Below are positions 1 to 12,014 of a DNA stretch of 27,378 nt, one piece after another (position 1 is the first letter of the stretch; each line of letters begins with the position of its first letter). The translations under genes were made by a program, and so were the position numbers. The stretch is from Piedraia hortae CBS 480.64 (lineage: Eukaryota), in NCBI GenBank assembly GCA_010093745.1, contig MU006016.1:62001-89378 (forward strand). Direction: 5' to 3'. The notes under the pieces were generated by a model. The model did not search any database. It was not told the origin of the DNA and was given only the letters and a program-made list of their open reading frames with translations.

Positions 1-1
1 A

Positions 2-976
2 TCCACTGTTTTCCCTAATGACTTTGAAGAGGAAGCTCAGTACAAATGGATCAGTCCAACCGGCCGCACGGCATTCGTTGCGGACGAACATGGCAATAGC
101 ATTGCCGTGCCAGGTCCCTATGTTGTCAATAAGGCTATGCCATGGGCGACACAGATGCCTCAGTTCCCGACCGGCTATGATCGTGAGCGGTTCTTATCAG
201 AGCCGATGCCTCAAACGCCCTTTTCTGGGTTTTATGCTCCCTACACCACTGCTCGTGCCGGTTCAATGCCCCGTGATGCTACGAACGGTCTTGCTTTTGC
301 AGGAAATGCCTCCACATTCGGCACCCACGCGGAACCGCAGACCGTTGATACGATGAAGATTGCCCAAGGTCAAGATTGTCGTACGACTATCATGCTTCGC
401 AACATTCCCAACCGCATGACCTGCCATGAGCTGAAGCATGTTCTCGACCAGTCGTCGCATGGACGTTACGACTTTTCCTACCTTCGGATCGACTTCAAGA
501 AGGGAACCAACGTCGGCTACGCTTTTGTCAATTTCGCAAACCCGGTGGACATCATCCCTTTCGTCAGTATGTGGTATGGTGTACCATGGCAGCCCCATGG
601 CAAACGCCAGGTCGAGCTGTCTTATGCAACCGTGCAGGGCTACGACTGTCTGGTCGAGAAATTTCGCAATTCAGCCGTCATGTCTGAGGCCCCGGATTAC
701 CGCCCTAAGTTATGGTACACGGTAGACACGGCCCCTTCGCCTGAACTCATCGGTCAAGAGGCGCCCTTTCCGCCGTCAAATAATGCGTCGAAGCGTCAGC
801 GCTCCCACGACAATGCAGGGCAAATCGGCCTCTACACGCCGAACTCCGGGAATCATGGACGTGACCGCGGTCGTCACTCTCACTTTGATCGTGGTACCCC
901 GGCGCAGCTTCAGGAAGAAGCCATGTTCTATGGTCAAGCCACTCAGGCCATTAAATTCGCTCAGCCGTGGTACTGA
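2..976 (+). CDS. mei2: Mei2-like RNA-binding protein, C-terminal RRM3 (RRM_2) region; 5' end lies outside the window
   Basis: Frame 2 is open from base 2 to TGA at 974-976. It contains the Mei2 RRM3 signature DCRTTIMLRNIPN...YDFSYLRIDF...NVGYAFVNF...ELSYATVQGYDCLVEKFRNSAVM...YRPKLWYT. Confidence 0.9.
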   Translation, partial: STVFPNDFEEEAQYKWISPTGRTAFVADEHGNSIAVPGPYVVNKAMPWATQMPQFPTGYDRERFLSEPMPQTPFSGFYAPYTTARAGSMPRDATNGLAFAGNASTFGTHAEPQTVDTMKIAQGQDCRTTIMLRNIPNRMTCHELKHVLDQSSHGRYDFSYLRIDFKKGTNVGYAFVNFANPVDIIPFVSMWYGVPWQPHGKRQVELSYATVQGYDCLVEKFRNSAVMSEAPDYRPKLWYTVDTAPSPELIGQEAPFPPSNNASKRQRSHDNAGQIGLYTPNSGNHGRDRGRHSHFDRGTPAQLQEEAMFYGQATQAIKFAQPWY

Positions 977-1299
977 CTGTGGAATGACAAGTACGTCATT
1001 CTTCATATGAAGGGCAGCAGCTTATCTGTGGTCCCGTGAAAAGTATCCGTAGATATGCGTATATATTGCTATGTCGTTTTGATGCGTTTCATTCGTTTTT
1101 AATGCTGTTAAATCTCGCTTGATCGCATTGTTTTGGTGTAGGCGCGTGCAAGTGTGATGGAAAACAAAATGATCAGTGTAGAAGGAAGCACGAAGCAGTA
1201 TTCAGCATTACAGCTCCGCATTTACATCGGTATAGTCATTGATTCAGGTCAATCACCCGAAACGAAACTTTTGAGTGTCCAGTGGCACTTAGGTGGAAG

Positions 1300-2330
1300 T
1301 GTTAGTGTGTCCGATCAACCTACTCTGACAAAACCAAAGCGATGTCCAAGGGAATGAGGATTTTGGCACGATGTTTGCAAGATTGAAAGTTATATGTGCG
1401 TTGATAGGAACACAATCACATTACAAAGTTCTAGCTAATTGTGATGAATCGGATCTACCTCAAGAGAAATGGCAAAGATATCAAGACCATGGCTCATACC
1501 TGCGTATATTATACGTATTACCTTTGAACGATGTACTACGGGCAAGCATGGGCCGATGCCCACTTGCTTGACCCAAGATCTTACTTCAGTCAAGGTTTAC
1601 AATTTTGGAAAACCAAACATTCAACGGATTCAATTATTGGGTTTTGTGCGAACAGCACAACACGACTCTGGCTGGAAGGTGTGCCATCATATATCCTCTG
1701 TGCAAAGCTTTGTAAAAGCCTGCGTAGTCCTGCATATTTTAGCTCAAAAGTGCTCCGTTCAGGACTTACCTCATCTCCAGTTCTGAGTTTTCGATGAAAG
1801 TTTACTGCACTCAAACTCTTTATATTGTAGATCAGCCGTTACTCAATAGCTTGTGCATTATTAAAGCTAGTCGCCAGTTGAAGGACTTAGTAAGTTTTAA
1901 TGATTCGTTCCAAAACGACTCCATCCTCAGTTTAGATATGTATTGTGATAAAGGTCCATTGCATTCAGCCTGTTCACATGCTGTAAATTAGTTGAAGCTT
2001 AATTGTTTGCATAAATCATGCAACTGCCTAACCATGCCGAGAAAAAGCGTTACCTTCCAGTGGGAAAAAAAATTCCAACTGGCAACCAACTGTTCCCAGA
2101 TGACTCCATTACCACATGAGATCACCATTTATACGTATTCCAAGCAATGAACCAACTACTCGGTTGCTATTTCACCTTAGTTGTACGTGTACCTTGCACA
2201 GCCTCACCAAGAACTACCACTTCGTGATACGGTTCTCATCCCCTGCTTAATGGAGCTTCACTTAACTCGATAACAAGAAATTTTGCTTGAAAGAGATAAT
2301 AAGTTTGCGAATATCTCCATCCAGTTTGAT
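1300..2330 (-). pseudogene. Possible decayed intron-containing gene remnant in AT-rich DNA; boundaries approximate
   Basis: The minus strand has two intron-like segments: GTAACG..CTAAT..CAG (2053-1981) and GTAAGT..GCTAA..CAG (1769-1730). Between them is a protein-like frame (CEQAECNGPLSQYISKLRMESFWNESLKLTKSFNWRLALIMHKLL) broken by stops. No family recognised. Confidence 0.3.
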
Positions 2331-2353
2331 TGTCAGGGTACGCGCTGGAACTA
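2331..2353 (+). repeat. Dispersed repeat, copy 1 (LTR-terminus-like TGTCAGGGTACGCGCTGGAACTA)
   Basis: 22/23 identical to 27209-27231 (TGTCAGGGTACGCGTTGGAACTA), same orientation. Confidence 0.8.
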
Positions 2354-2467
2354 CTCATCCTTATTATTTTCCCCACACATTTTATCCCTCCCACCCATCT
2401 TTCTCTCTCAACTCCTTCATCCTTGACATTCACTCTTCAGCTAGCAAGACGACCCCAACGAGCGGGC

Positions 2468-3860
2468 TGGATTTGATTAGCTCTCGATAGGGGCATGGCG
2501 GCGTTAGGTTTGATGTTGACAGGCACAGACCTCTCCTACGATGACCTATATGTAGGCCACACTCCGGGGCCGCGGGCCAAGCCCAGGATGGATGATTGGA
2601 TGAACTTTGCCCCAGTACCAAGCCGTACTGGGCGAGCCATGCCACCGGGTGTCGGCATAAAGAATAGAATACAGAACCTCCGCTGAGGAGGGCGGGGGTG
2701 GTGCGGGGCGTTGAAGAATGGGAGAGGATTATTGTCGTCGTCGTCGTCGTCGTCATCGTCGTCGTCGTCGCTGCCACCGTAGTGGCTTGCATTGTCGATA
2801 TGGTCCGCCAGGCCTCGGTTTAGCGAGAAAAAGAAGACCCAGATTTTGCCTCTGTGCTCGCTTGGTTTGATTCGTTCCGGGTTGGGGCGGGATAGCGTGG
2901 GCAGCAGCGACCGCTGTGGCTGTGGCGATGGTAGCTGCACTGGTGGCGAGTGCAAACCTGCTTTGCTATGACCTATATGTAGGCTGCACACATTAGGGCG
3001 CTGGCCAGGGTGCGAAGTTGGCTCCTGTCTCAAACGCGTACTGAGTGGACCAAATGGGGATGAATGCAGGCATTGGTTGCCAGGCGCCCCAGTGCCAGGC
3101 AAAACGCTCTCACTGACGAGACAACAGCGCTAAAGACCAAAGAGGGTATACCTCTTTGATCTTTCCCCATTAATGGGGTCACGTTGAGGACTTAGGCAAC
3201 TGGGATCCAGCCCTAAGATGAGCGATTGACTGTTCTAACGTCTCCCAGTTAACTCTCAGGGCATGTCCTACCCAAAATAGTACTGTCTGGGATGATCGAA
3301 CTCGCGCGAACTGTGGGTTCAAAATCCTGTCTCATAAATTGACAGCTCCTTGTAGCCACCAAACTCGATGCGCTGGCAAAGCTCGCCACGCTCAGACAAG
3401 AGCTTTTGGGCAGACGTGAGTGTCCGAATTCCTCCGCCACCGGAAACTGGTTTAGAGACACAGATACATTTTATGTTCCAGCGTGGCCCTTTTCCTCCCT
3501 TGCACCTTGTCGTCTCTTAGGTCTTGAGGAAGCGGGGGTTGCAGGTGGTGCAGGGCGGCGAGCTGTCTCATACCACCCAGCGTGATGGCACGGGGATGCC
3601 GCTCTTGCTGTAGGCGAGAATGGTTGAGAAATTCGGCAAGGTTGCAATCGTTGCAATTGTTGTTATCACCATCCTTGCCTATATCCCTGGCGTTGTCTGC
3701 CATGGACTGGTGTGAGAAGGAATGAAAAAACCACCAGACAATTGCAGTTGGGCTATCTTGGTTTGATTTGCTCCTCAATGGGTAGTGCAGCGATAATGGC
3801 GGCAGCGGCTGCAGCGGCATTGGTGGCAGTACTTGTGGCAGGAGACACTGTCTAATGACA
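2468..3860. repeat. Degenerate tandem repeat of 2-3 diverged units
   Basis: Exact 17-mer ATGACCTATATGTAGGC at 2541 and 2968. Exact 12-mer CTTGGTTTGATT at 2861 and 3757, with variant TGGATTTGATT at 2468. Similar G-rich blocks at 2684-2710 and 3525-3557. Landmarks occur in the same order. Confidence 0.6.
2734..2769. repeat. (GTC)n microsatellite, 12 units with one ATC interruption
   Basis: Directly visible: (GTC)7 ATC (GTC)4. Confidence 0.95.
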
Positions 3861-4773
3861 GAAATAGCAGATAGGCTACATGTCCGACGCCAGGTGCAAA
3901 GCGGACAAATGAGGGCAGGCTATGTGCCGGCACCGAAGAATTTCTGGTTTGTCCACTATTGATGATAAAGTATTAGTCTTTGAGGGGATATGGTGTGTTG
4001 TGAAGGATAGAAAACATTGTGTGAAGTCTGGTCCTTAGGGGTTTCAGTTCTTTCTGGCAATCCACCCACAGTAGGGCAGCCACAGCTCAGCGGTTAGGTG
4101 AATCCATGTTAGCTGAGGTTGTTAACTACCCCGGAAAACACGAGTTAGTAAGTCTATTCATTGGAGTGTCAGTTATCTCATTAAATAATTTGGTATCACG
4201 TATTCTGTGTTGATAAATGCACAAACTTGAGATTTCAATAGTTCAACTACCCTGGCGAGTTTTCGTCCACGGCGTGCATTAGTGGGCTTGGCATCGGCCC
4301 GGCCCGAACTAGCACTGGTCCACCCCGGACGTTGAAGAAATGTGAAGTTCGTAGGTATGGGAGCGAAGCGGTTTGAGCGGCAAGGAAGTACCAAGAGATG
4401 AGAACAGAAATGTGTGAACAAGTGAATACAAGTGTATTTACGAGAGAACATATGTACTGGACCAGTAGGCCAGTGCGCAGCCTCGTATGAAGAGTCATCC
4501 ATCGTATGACCGTAAGCAAGTGGTCGGATTTTTGACTCACCTCTAACAGTAACAGGGCGCATTCACCATGTCACATGCGACATGACCCTGAGGGAAATCT
4601 CTGTGAGGACAAAACCTAGGGTACAGCCGCTGGTGTAGGTGTTGCTGACGTGCTGCTCAAGTACCCCGCATATGCGCTAGCGACGACGCTTGACTCCAAA
4701 CAGACGTCAGACGTGGTTTCATCCAGCACAAATCGACTTCGTCGAGCAAGCTCGCGGCGCAAAGTGGTCCGCA

Positions 4774-7674
4774 ATGCCGCCCAGTCAGACTATGAGAATT
4801 CTGATCCTGCTGGCAGCCAATCTACTGGCTGTTGGTGCAGTTCTGATCTTCGCTGTGGGCTTCTTCCCTTATAAACCTCTTCTGCCTGGCCTCGCAAGCT
4901 TTCCCGAAGGACACAGCGGTGGGCCAGACGCTATTTTCGACCGTGTTATATTCATGGTTATTGACGCCCTGCGTAGCGACTTCGTCTATGGACACAACAG
5001 CGGCTTCGCTTGGACCCAGAGGTGTGGATGACTGGGCGGCATTGCTTAGCTATTACTGACGAGCAATAGCTTAGTCCGTGATGGGGTCGCAATCCCTTTC
5101 ACAGCGTACTCAACCCCGCCTACGGTCACCATGCCACGGGTCAAAGCATTGACAACCGGCTCCGTTCCTTCATTCGCAGATCTCATATTCAACCTCGATG
5201 AAAGCGGGACTGGACCGGCTTTGGCAATGCAGGATACCTGGCTGGCCCAGATCAAAGCGCGTGGAGGCCGACTAGTCTTTTACGGCGACGACACCTGGCT
5301 GCGCCTCTTTCCAAATGACTTCTTTGCCCGCCGAGATGGCACGAGCAGCTTCTTTGTTTCGGTCAGTAGAACTGGCCCTGGTAGGCCTGCCGTCTGTATA
5401 GATCAAATAGCTGAGTACATGTTTTGGTTTTTACAGGATTTCACCGAAGTGGATTACAACGTGACCCGTCATCTCCCAGAAGAGTTGGCGAGAACTGATT
5501 GGGACGCCATGATCCTGCATTATCTCGGACTGGATCATATTGGGCATAAGACTGGACCAGAGGGCCCTATGATGTTGCCTAAACAGAGGGAAATGGACCA
5601 GGTAGTGGAGCAAATTTGGAAAGCTATTGAAACGGAGAATCACCATGCCAATACCTTGTTTGTTCTCCTGGGTGACCACGGGATGAACGCGGGTGGTAAT
5701 CATGGAGGAAGCGGACCAGGTGAAACCGAGCCAGCGCTGCTATTTGCAAGTCCCAAGTTGAAGCATCGACACGGCAGGTTCGAATATCAATGTCCGACAG
5801 ATGCTCGAAACCAGGGCTATCAGTACTACCGCACAGTGCAACAAAGTGATATCGTGCCTACATTGGCCGGCCTCATGCGGTTTCCCATCCCAAAGAACAG
5901 CTTGGGGGTCTTCATCGATGAACTTAAAGGTTGTTGGCCTGGCAAGGAAGGCGCAAAAATTCTTTACGAAAATAGCAGGCAGCTTAAGCACATCGTGGAG
6001 GTCACATATGAGAGATTTTCGACGAAAGTAACGAACAATCTTTCAGGGGCATCAGATTGCGAATTGGAAAGGTTGGATGGAGCGGAAGACGAGCTTGCGT
6101 GCAAGTGGGCGGCAGTCGAGAAGTCGTTTGGTCAGAGGACTGGCAAGGACTACGATGAGATTGGCAGGAAGATATTCGCCTTCTTGCGCTCAGGCCAAGA
6201 TGCTCTCAGTGGAGTTGCCAGCACCTATGATATCTCGAAAATGGTTGTTGGAACAGCATGCAGCGCCCTTGGTCTTCTTCTAGCGACCTTTATGCTGCCA
6301 TCACTAGAACGAAACACAGCTGCATCGGCATTCTGTGCTTTGGTCACTGTGCTGCATGGACTAATCATGTTTGCCAGCAGCTTCGTGGAAGAAGAGCAAC
6401 AGCTTTGGTATTGGCTGACGCCTGCATGGTTCACCATGCTTACATTAAGTCGCATTCGTAGTGCTCCAAAAGGGAAAGCTAGGTCCAGAACAGCCATGGC
6501 TGGTGCGGTGATTCTGACTGTCCACCGGTTGTCCCAAAGATGGAACCAGACCGGACAGAAGCACTCTGGCGACGCCGACATAGTGCATGGATGTTTTCCT
6601 GGACATCACGTCTTGATGTGGCTGCTCATCTTGGCCACTTATTTCTACGCAGGCATTATGATTGCCCGGAAATCATTCACTGGTCTCCTAGCCCCAGAAC
6701 TAGCTGCGGCGATAGCCTTTTCAACAACAATGGCGGCTCTCATCTTCAAGCTAAACTTCACCCAAGCTGGCGCACCTGAGCTTGTGCAAGGCCTTGCCCA
6801 TCGAATAAGGGAATGGACGCAAGCTTTGAGCCTTGTTCATCAGGCACGATTTACGTTTGTACTCATCACAGCATCTGCAATCACAGTGACCACACTAGCC
6901 GTTGTTCTATCCCGAGGCACGGTTGTATCTCGTCCAGACAGTCCGGCGGTCAATGTCACTCTCAGCGAGAGATTGCATCACCTTCTCACCCTGTTTCTTA
7001 TGACCCAGTCTCGAGCACCCAACATCCCGCTATTCCTGGGCATGGAGGTCCAGAGCAGGATGTTTCGCAAATTGATTTCGCCGCCCTCACCTGGGCGAAG
7101 GAACAGTCGACGAAACGCGGCCATCTCTCCAATCGAGCTGGCAACGAGCATCCTCCTCCTTTCACATACCTATTTCTTCTGTGTCGGCGGATCCAACTCC
7201 ATTTCGAGCATAGATTTGAGTCAAGCATACAACGGAATAGGAGAGTACAACGTCCTTGGCGTGGGAATCTTGCTCTTCTTTTCGAACTGGCAAGGGCCAA
7301 TTTGGTGGACCAGTACCGCAGTGCTGCTCACGTTCTCCAAGCCTTCGCGATCTGACCAGGCCAAACAGCAAGGCCAACATCGTGCATGGGTAGAAGAAGA
7401 GCATTACAAACTCGAGCGGGACGCCAGAGTTGGAACAAAAACTGGAGAAAGTATTGGTGGAACCTGGACAAATTATCTTGCCGTCATGACTGTTTTCAAC
7501 TCGACAGGTGTCTTGGCAACAATGGTGGCGTGCACAATTTTAAGAACTCATCTGTTCATTTGGACCGTTTTCAGTCCAAAGTACCTATACATGCTAGCAT
7601 GGACGATCGGCTGGCATTTGTTGATCGGATTTGGACTGGGTAGTGTGTTGAAAGGACTGGGCCAGATTGCGTGA
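4774..7674 (+). CDS. GPI7: GPI ethanolamine phosphate transferase 2 (Gpi7/PIG-G), 3 exons
   Basis: Exons 4774-5021, 5070-5361 and 5437-7674 total 2778 nt in frame. Introns are GTGTGG..TACTGAC..TAG (5022-5069) and GTCAGT..GCTGAG..CAG (5362-5436). Motifs: FDRVIFMVIDALRSDF, PTVTMPRVKALTTGS, LHYLGLDHIGH, GDHGM...GNHGGS, GGSNSISSIDL, LRTHLFIWTVFSPKYLY. Multi-TM C-terminal half. Alternative start ATG at 4792. Confidence 0.92.
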
Positions 7675-7830
7675 GCTAATTAGAATGGGCGAGGAGAGGT
7701 TTGCGAATAAGAAAAACATCAGAAATAGGTAGATTTTGCGTTCCTGAAGTGCGCTTAATGTTGCCTTGGTCGCTAGTAGTATTCAGAGCAACTTCCACAT
7801 TCGCCTGTTAGCAAACAAGCCTAGTGGTAT

Positions 7831-8364
7831 CTAACTAGTCCTCCCTGGTGAGGAATCGTATGTTTCTCGAGCAACAGCTTCACCCAGGTCCTCATCCTCT
7901 GCAGACGTAGTTGTCCGTGTCTTTTGAGAGAACTGGTCCATCACCTTTTTACTTTCGGCATGGTTTAGTTTGGCAGTGATTCCACAGGTGCGACATGACT
8001 CTGCCAAGGAAGCTAACAGTACAAGTCCAATCGAGGAAAAGCGTATATCAGCTACAATCTGCGAGAAGGCGCGTTCCCACTTTGGCACTTGTATATCCTG
8101 CCAGAACACGATTCTTTGGTCAATCTGGCGAGCCAAATCGGCACTCCTAGCTTTCTTCCTTTGCCTTTCGACGTGCGTCGTTGGTGATTCTAGTAAGAAC
8201 GCAGCTTCCTTGCGGAGCCGTTCCAGTTCTTTGCGGAATGTGGAAAAATGCCGCCACCAAACACTACGTCGGTGTTGGTTTTTATTGCGATGATTAATAT
8301 GACGAAGCAGCTGTGAAATATTTTGAAGGCCATCAAGACCCTTTTGACTGATTACAAGTTGCAT
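7831..8364 (-). CDS. RMP1: RNase MRP protein subunit Rmp1-like
   Basis: 177-aa ORF with HRNKNQHRRSVWW, AFSQIVADIRFSSIGLVLLASLA and C-terminal EDLGEAVAR, motifs typical of fungal Rmp1. Confidence 0.8.
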   Translation of the reverse strand: MQLVISQKGLDGLQNISQLLRHINHRNKNQHRRSVWWRHFSTFRKELERLRKEAAFLLESPTTHVERQRKKARSADLARQIDQRIVFWQDIQVPKWERAFSQIVADIRFSSIGLVLLASLAESCRTCGITAKLNHAESKKVMDQFSQKTRTTTSAEDEDLGEAVARETYDSSPGRTS

Positions 8365-8620
8365 GTTTCTGGCCGAGTGTTGTGGAGTTCACCGGGAGCG
8401 GGACGTTAGGTCGGGCCGACGGGCCGTTCCATCTAACGGTTTAATGCCTGAGGCAGCAGCCCCTGGTCGGCAGTTTTGTAGTGACATGAGCGTTTGGGTT
8501 TGGCGCTGTTGGACGACTTTCACAGAGAGCTCTTTGCTGTTTACGTTCTCACATGTGTATGTAATGCAGGCAAATATCTCCTGGGTTTGCTGAGCCGCTC
8601 GGCGGCAAATATAAGAAATC

Positions 8621-11600
8621 ATGTCTGTAGCGCCACCCCAGTCTATGGCAGATGTGGAGTCGTTGGTCCAAAGATTATACCAACCAGGCGATCCGCAACT
8701 TATTAGCAGAATTGACGAGCAACTCAAGCAAATCCAATTGTCTCCTGAAGGCTGGCAGGTGGGTGATGCGTTGCTAGGCAGCAGCGACAGCCATGTAAGG
8801 TTCTACGCAGCTCTCACCTTTACGGTCAAGCTTAACAAGGACGGGTTAGTATAGGTCTTGCATTGGGGTTCCTCGCTTACGTATATGCGTAGAGCTTTCC
8901 TAGACGCCGACACTGCGCAGTCGATCCAGAATCGTTTGATATCTTGGCTTGTGCGGTTATCACGACAAGGAGAGAACCCTCTTGTGCTGAGGAAGCTTTG
9001 TTCAACCCTGACCACCTACTTTGTACGCACACCTGTCCTATGGAAGCGACCGTTGCTCCATGTCGCTGCTGCACTGCAAAGTGGCACTGCTATGGCGGAA
9101 GGCGACTTGAGTCCTTCCATCGACTTTCTTTCAATCATTCGACAACTCCCGCTCACAGACGTTGCAACTTTGCTGGAATTCTCTGGCACAATGGCCACCG
9201 AAGTTGGGCGGGTTGAAAATTGCACCCCTGCCCACGTGCATCTGCATGGACAAATGGAAGTGATTGTGAAAGACGCCAGTGTATTGATGGCGCATGCCTT
9301 CACGGGGCATGATAGCAGTGACTCGATCAAAACCGATGCGTTGCGCGCGTTTGTAAACTGGATTGATTACGCACAGCCTATTTGGCAAAATAATTTGGAA
9401 TACTTGGGCCTCTTGCGCGACCTTGTGCCCAGCGCCATCCAATGTGTGTCTGATCCTGTGATTCGAGAAGACGCACTTTCCAGTTTTCGCAGCATTCTCG
9501 AGACTTACACCACCTTCTTTCTACCCCAGCACACGCTTCTCTTGGCACAAATAATTACCGTTTACGTCCAACCAGCGCTTATCCAGGCGTTGGAAGAGGG
9601 AGACCCAGCCGGTATGCCGTACGGTCAGTTTGCTATTGCTTTTGGAAATGCAGACACACAACGTCTGGTCAAGAACTCGCAGGATGAGGGACCGGCCACG
9701 TTCCTGCGGCTGCTTCTGGATGTGTTCAGGGCTCCAGGTTATCCAGGAGTTGATGACGAATTGTCAAATCTTTGCCTGGATTTCTGGGATCGCTACGCTG
9801 ACATTCTCAACGAATCTTTCAATGGCCTCAAAGAGGATGCGGAGCTTGGTGATAACGATGGCGCTCCGTGGATTGTCTCTGCCAAAAGAATTCTTCCAGA
9901 GCTGGTTGAGCTTGTTTGGCGGAAGATGTGGCCGCCGCCAAAGGAAACAGGGAAGCAGTGGACTGACGACGAAACGGAAGGGTTTGTTGAATTTCGATCA
10001 AACGTTGACGACCTCATGCTCTCCCTTTACATATGCTTAGGGTCAGAACTGATACAGCAGCTCATCGGTTTCACGCTGCAGTGCATGGACGCGGGCTTGT
10101 GGAGTGGTGTCGAGGCTGCTCTGCGCATTATCAATCACCTTGCCGAGAACATTCTCGAAGACGATTCCAATACCACTCCCTTGGATGTGCTCTTTCATTC
10201 AAGCTTGTTTCGTGACTTGACCGACTTCGCGCAGGACATTCCTGTGCACGTTCGTAAGGCTGCAATTGATACCCTGGGATCCTTTGGGCCCTACATTGAG
10301 CGGCACGTAGAGTATCTGCCTGATACGATACGCTTCCTGCTTGCATGCCTTGACAAAGCCCCTCTAGCCAACGCCGCAGCTAAGGCGATGGAATCGTTGT
10401 GCTCAGCTTGCCGTTCCAGCTTAACAGGGGATCTTAATGGCTTCATAGAACAGTACCATCGACTGATCAGTAGCGCAGACTGCGAAACTTACACAAAGGA
10501 AAGGGTCATCACGGGAATCGCAGCCATCATCCAAGCTCTGCAATCGGACAGTGCCAAAGTGCAGCCGCTTCTGACACTGCTGGGTACCGTGGAAGTGGAC
10601 ATTCAAGCTGCCAAAAACTTTGCGGCCTCCGGAGCAGTAGACATGGCCGAAACCGCGGGCTTATCAGCCCTTAAGTGCCTCGCGGGCATTGGCAAGGGCA
10701 TGCAAATGCCAGAGGAGATTCCTATTACCGTTGACGATGACGATGAGGCCGTAGGACAACCTAGCTTCTGGGACGGCCCGGGAAACGTCGTACAAGCGCG
10801 CATCATGTCATGCTTTTCTGTCTTGGCCGTTGTTGGTTCGAGCGGTGATGCAATCGCGGCAGCATGTCAAGTACTACGGAACGGCGTTACAGAGACGGTC
10901 CCGGGGCCGTTTGTCCTGCCAGCCTCAGTTACGGCAGATTTCCTGCAGAACTGCAATATTCATACCCCCCAGCTCGAGGCTGTACTTTCGCTGTGCTGCG
11001 CTTTTATATCTCGCTGCTCCAAACCCAATGCTCCTCGCCCGTCTGCCGAAGTTGGCTCCATCCTTCAGCAAGTAGTGGCGTTTATGCGAGAGCTGGGCCA
11101 TCCATCACAAGATCCAGCCCTGGCATTCAGCTGCATCGAGCTCATCCGCAACTGCATACCAAACTATATCGACCTTTTGTTCCATCCAGCCTCTCCACTT
11201 GCCGGTCAGCTGCCCTTTGTCCTCGATTTCACACTTGCCTCTTTGGGTGGAAACGAGCCATTCCCCAAACGCGTTGCAGCCACACTCTGGGCGCGCTTAA
11301 TCAAACCTGCCTCGATGGTTTCCGACCAAGACGTGCGACAAAACCTGAATGCCGTCATAGACGCGTACGGCCCGCCGCTGTCCGAGGTACTCATAAACCA
11401 AATCAGCGGAAATGCCGCACGCTCCGAGCTCGATAATCTGTGCGAACCGCTAAAAGCCCTAATCACAAACAAACCGGCTGCCAGGCTTTGGCTTGAGAAT
11501 GCGTTAATGGGACCATCGTTTGTTCAGGACAATCAGGCCGTTGTCGGTGAACAGGGGAGACATCGCTTCTTGCAGCAGCTCGTTACTTTGCGTGGTGACA

Positions 11601-11668
11601 GCAGGAAAACAAAGGAGGTCGTGAAAAATTTATGGGCTACTTGCAGGGGTACCGTTGATAGCTTTTAG
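8621..11668 (+). CDS. Importin-beta family karyopherin, importin-13/Kap122-like, 2 exons
   Basis: Exons 8621-8844 and 8893-11668 give 999 aa. Intron GTTAGT..GCTTAC..TAG at 8845-8892. N-terminal IBN_N-like segment (EQLKQIQLSPEGWQVGDALL...VRFYAALTFTVKLN), LVLRKLCSTL, helical HEAT-like body, RSELDNLCEPL near the C-terminus. Confidence 0.85.
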
Positions 11669-12014
11669 GTAGCGTTGTCTTGTTGACAGAATAGAAAAAT
11701 TCAAATGACAATGTCGCCGAACTGTGCCATTGCAGGATGTGGTGTCTACATCGAGGTCGAAAGTCGTTGTGATCTTTTTTGATTGGTGCTGAACTTTTGT
11801 GCGTGTGGCGATCAAGGGTTTCACAGAAGTCAAATTCGAATATGGCAAACCTAGGTTGGTCCGTGTCATGTCCGTTGTTGAACGACAACGACTAACACCG
11901 TGCTCATGATCCTTTCGGACAAGGACAGATCAAGATCTCAACCCCAAATCGCACGAGAGCCACTAAATTTGTACATCCCAATCCTTACCGACCCCAGTAT
12001 GACCACCATACCAT

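Noticed and set aside
2536..3102. 188-aa minus-strand ORF with a poly-Asp run
   Set aside because: It has a non-ATG start and no domain, the poly-Asp is just the GTC microsatellite, and it lies inside the degenerate repeat.
4173..4562. 129-aa minus-strand ORF divergent from GPI7
   Set aside because: No recognisable motif. A GTGAGT donor-like site at 4540 lacks a convincing acceptor, so no gene model can be supported.
11800..11845. snR30/U17-like m1 and m2 motifs on the minus strand (ATATTCG, AAACCCT, downstream ACA)
   Set aside because: Both motifs mismatch the invariant consensus, and the required enclosing hairpin does not form.
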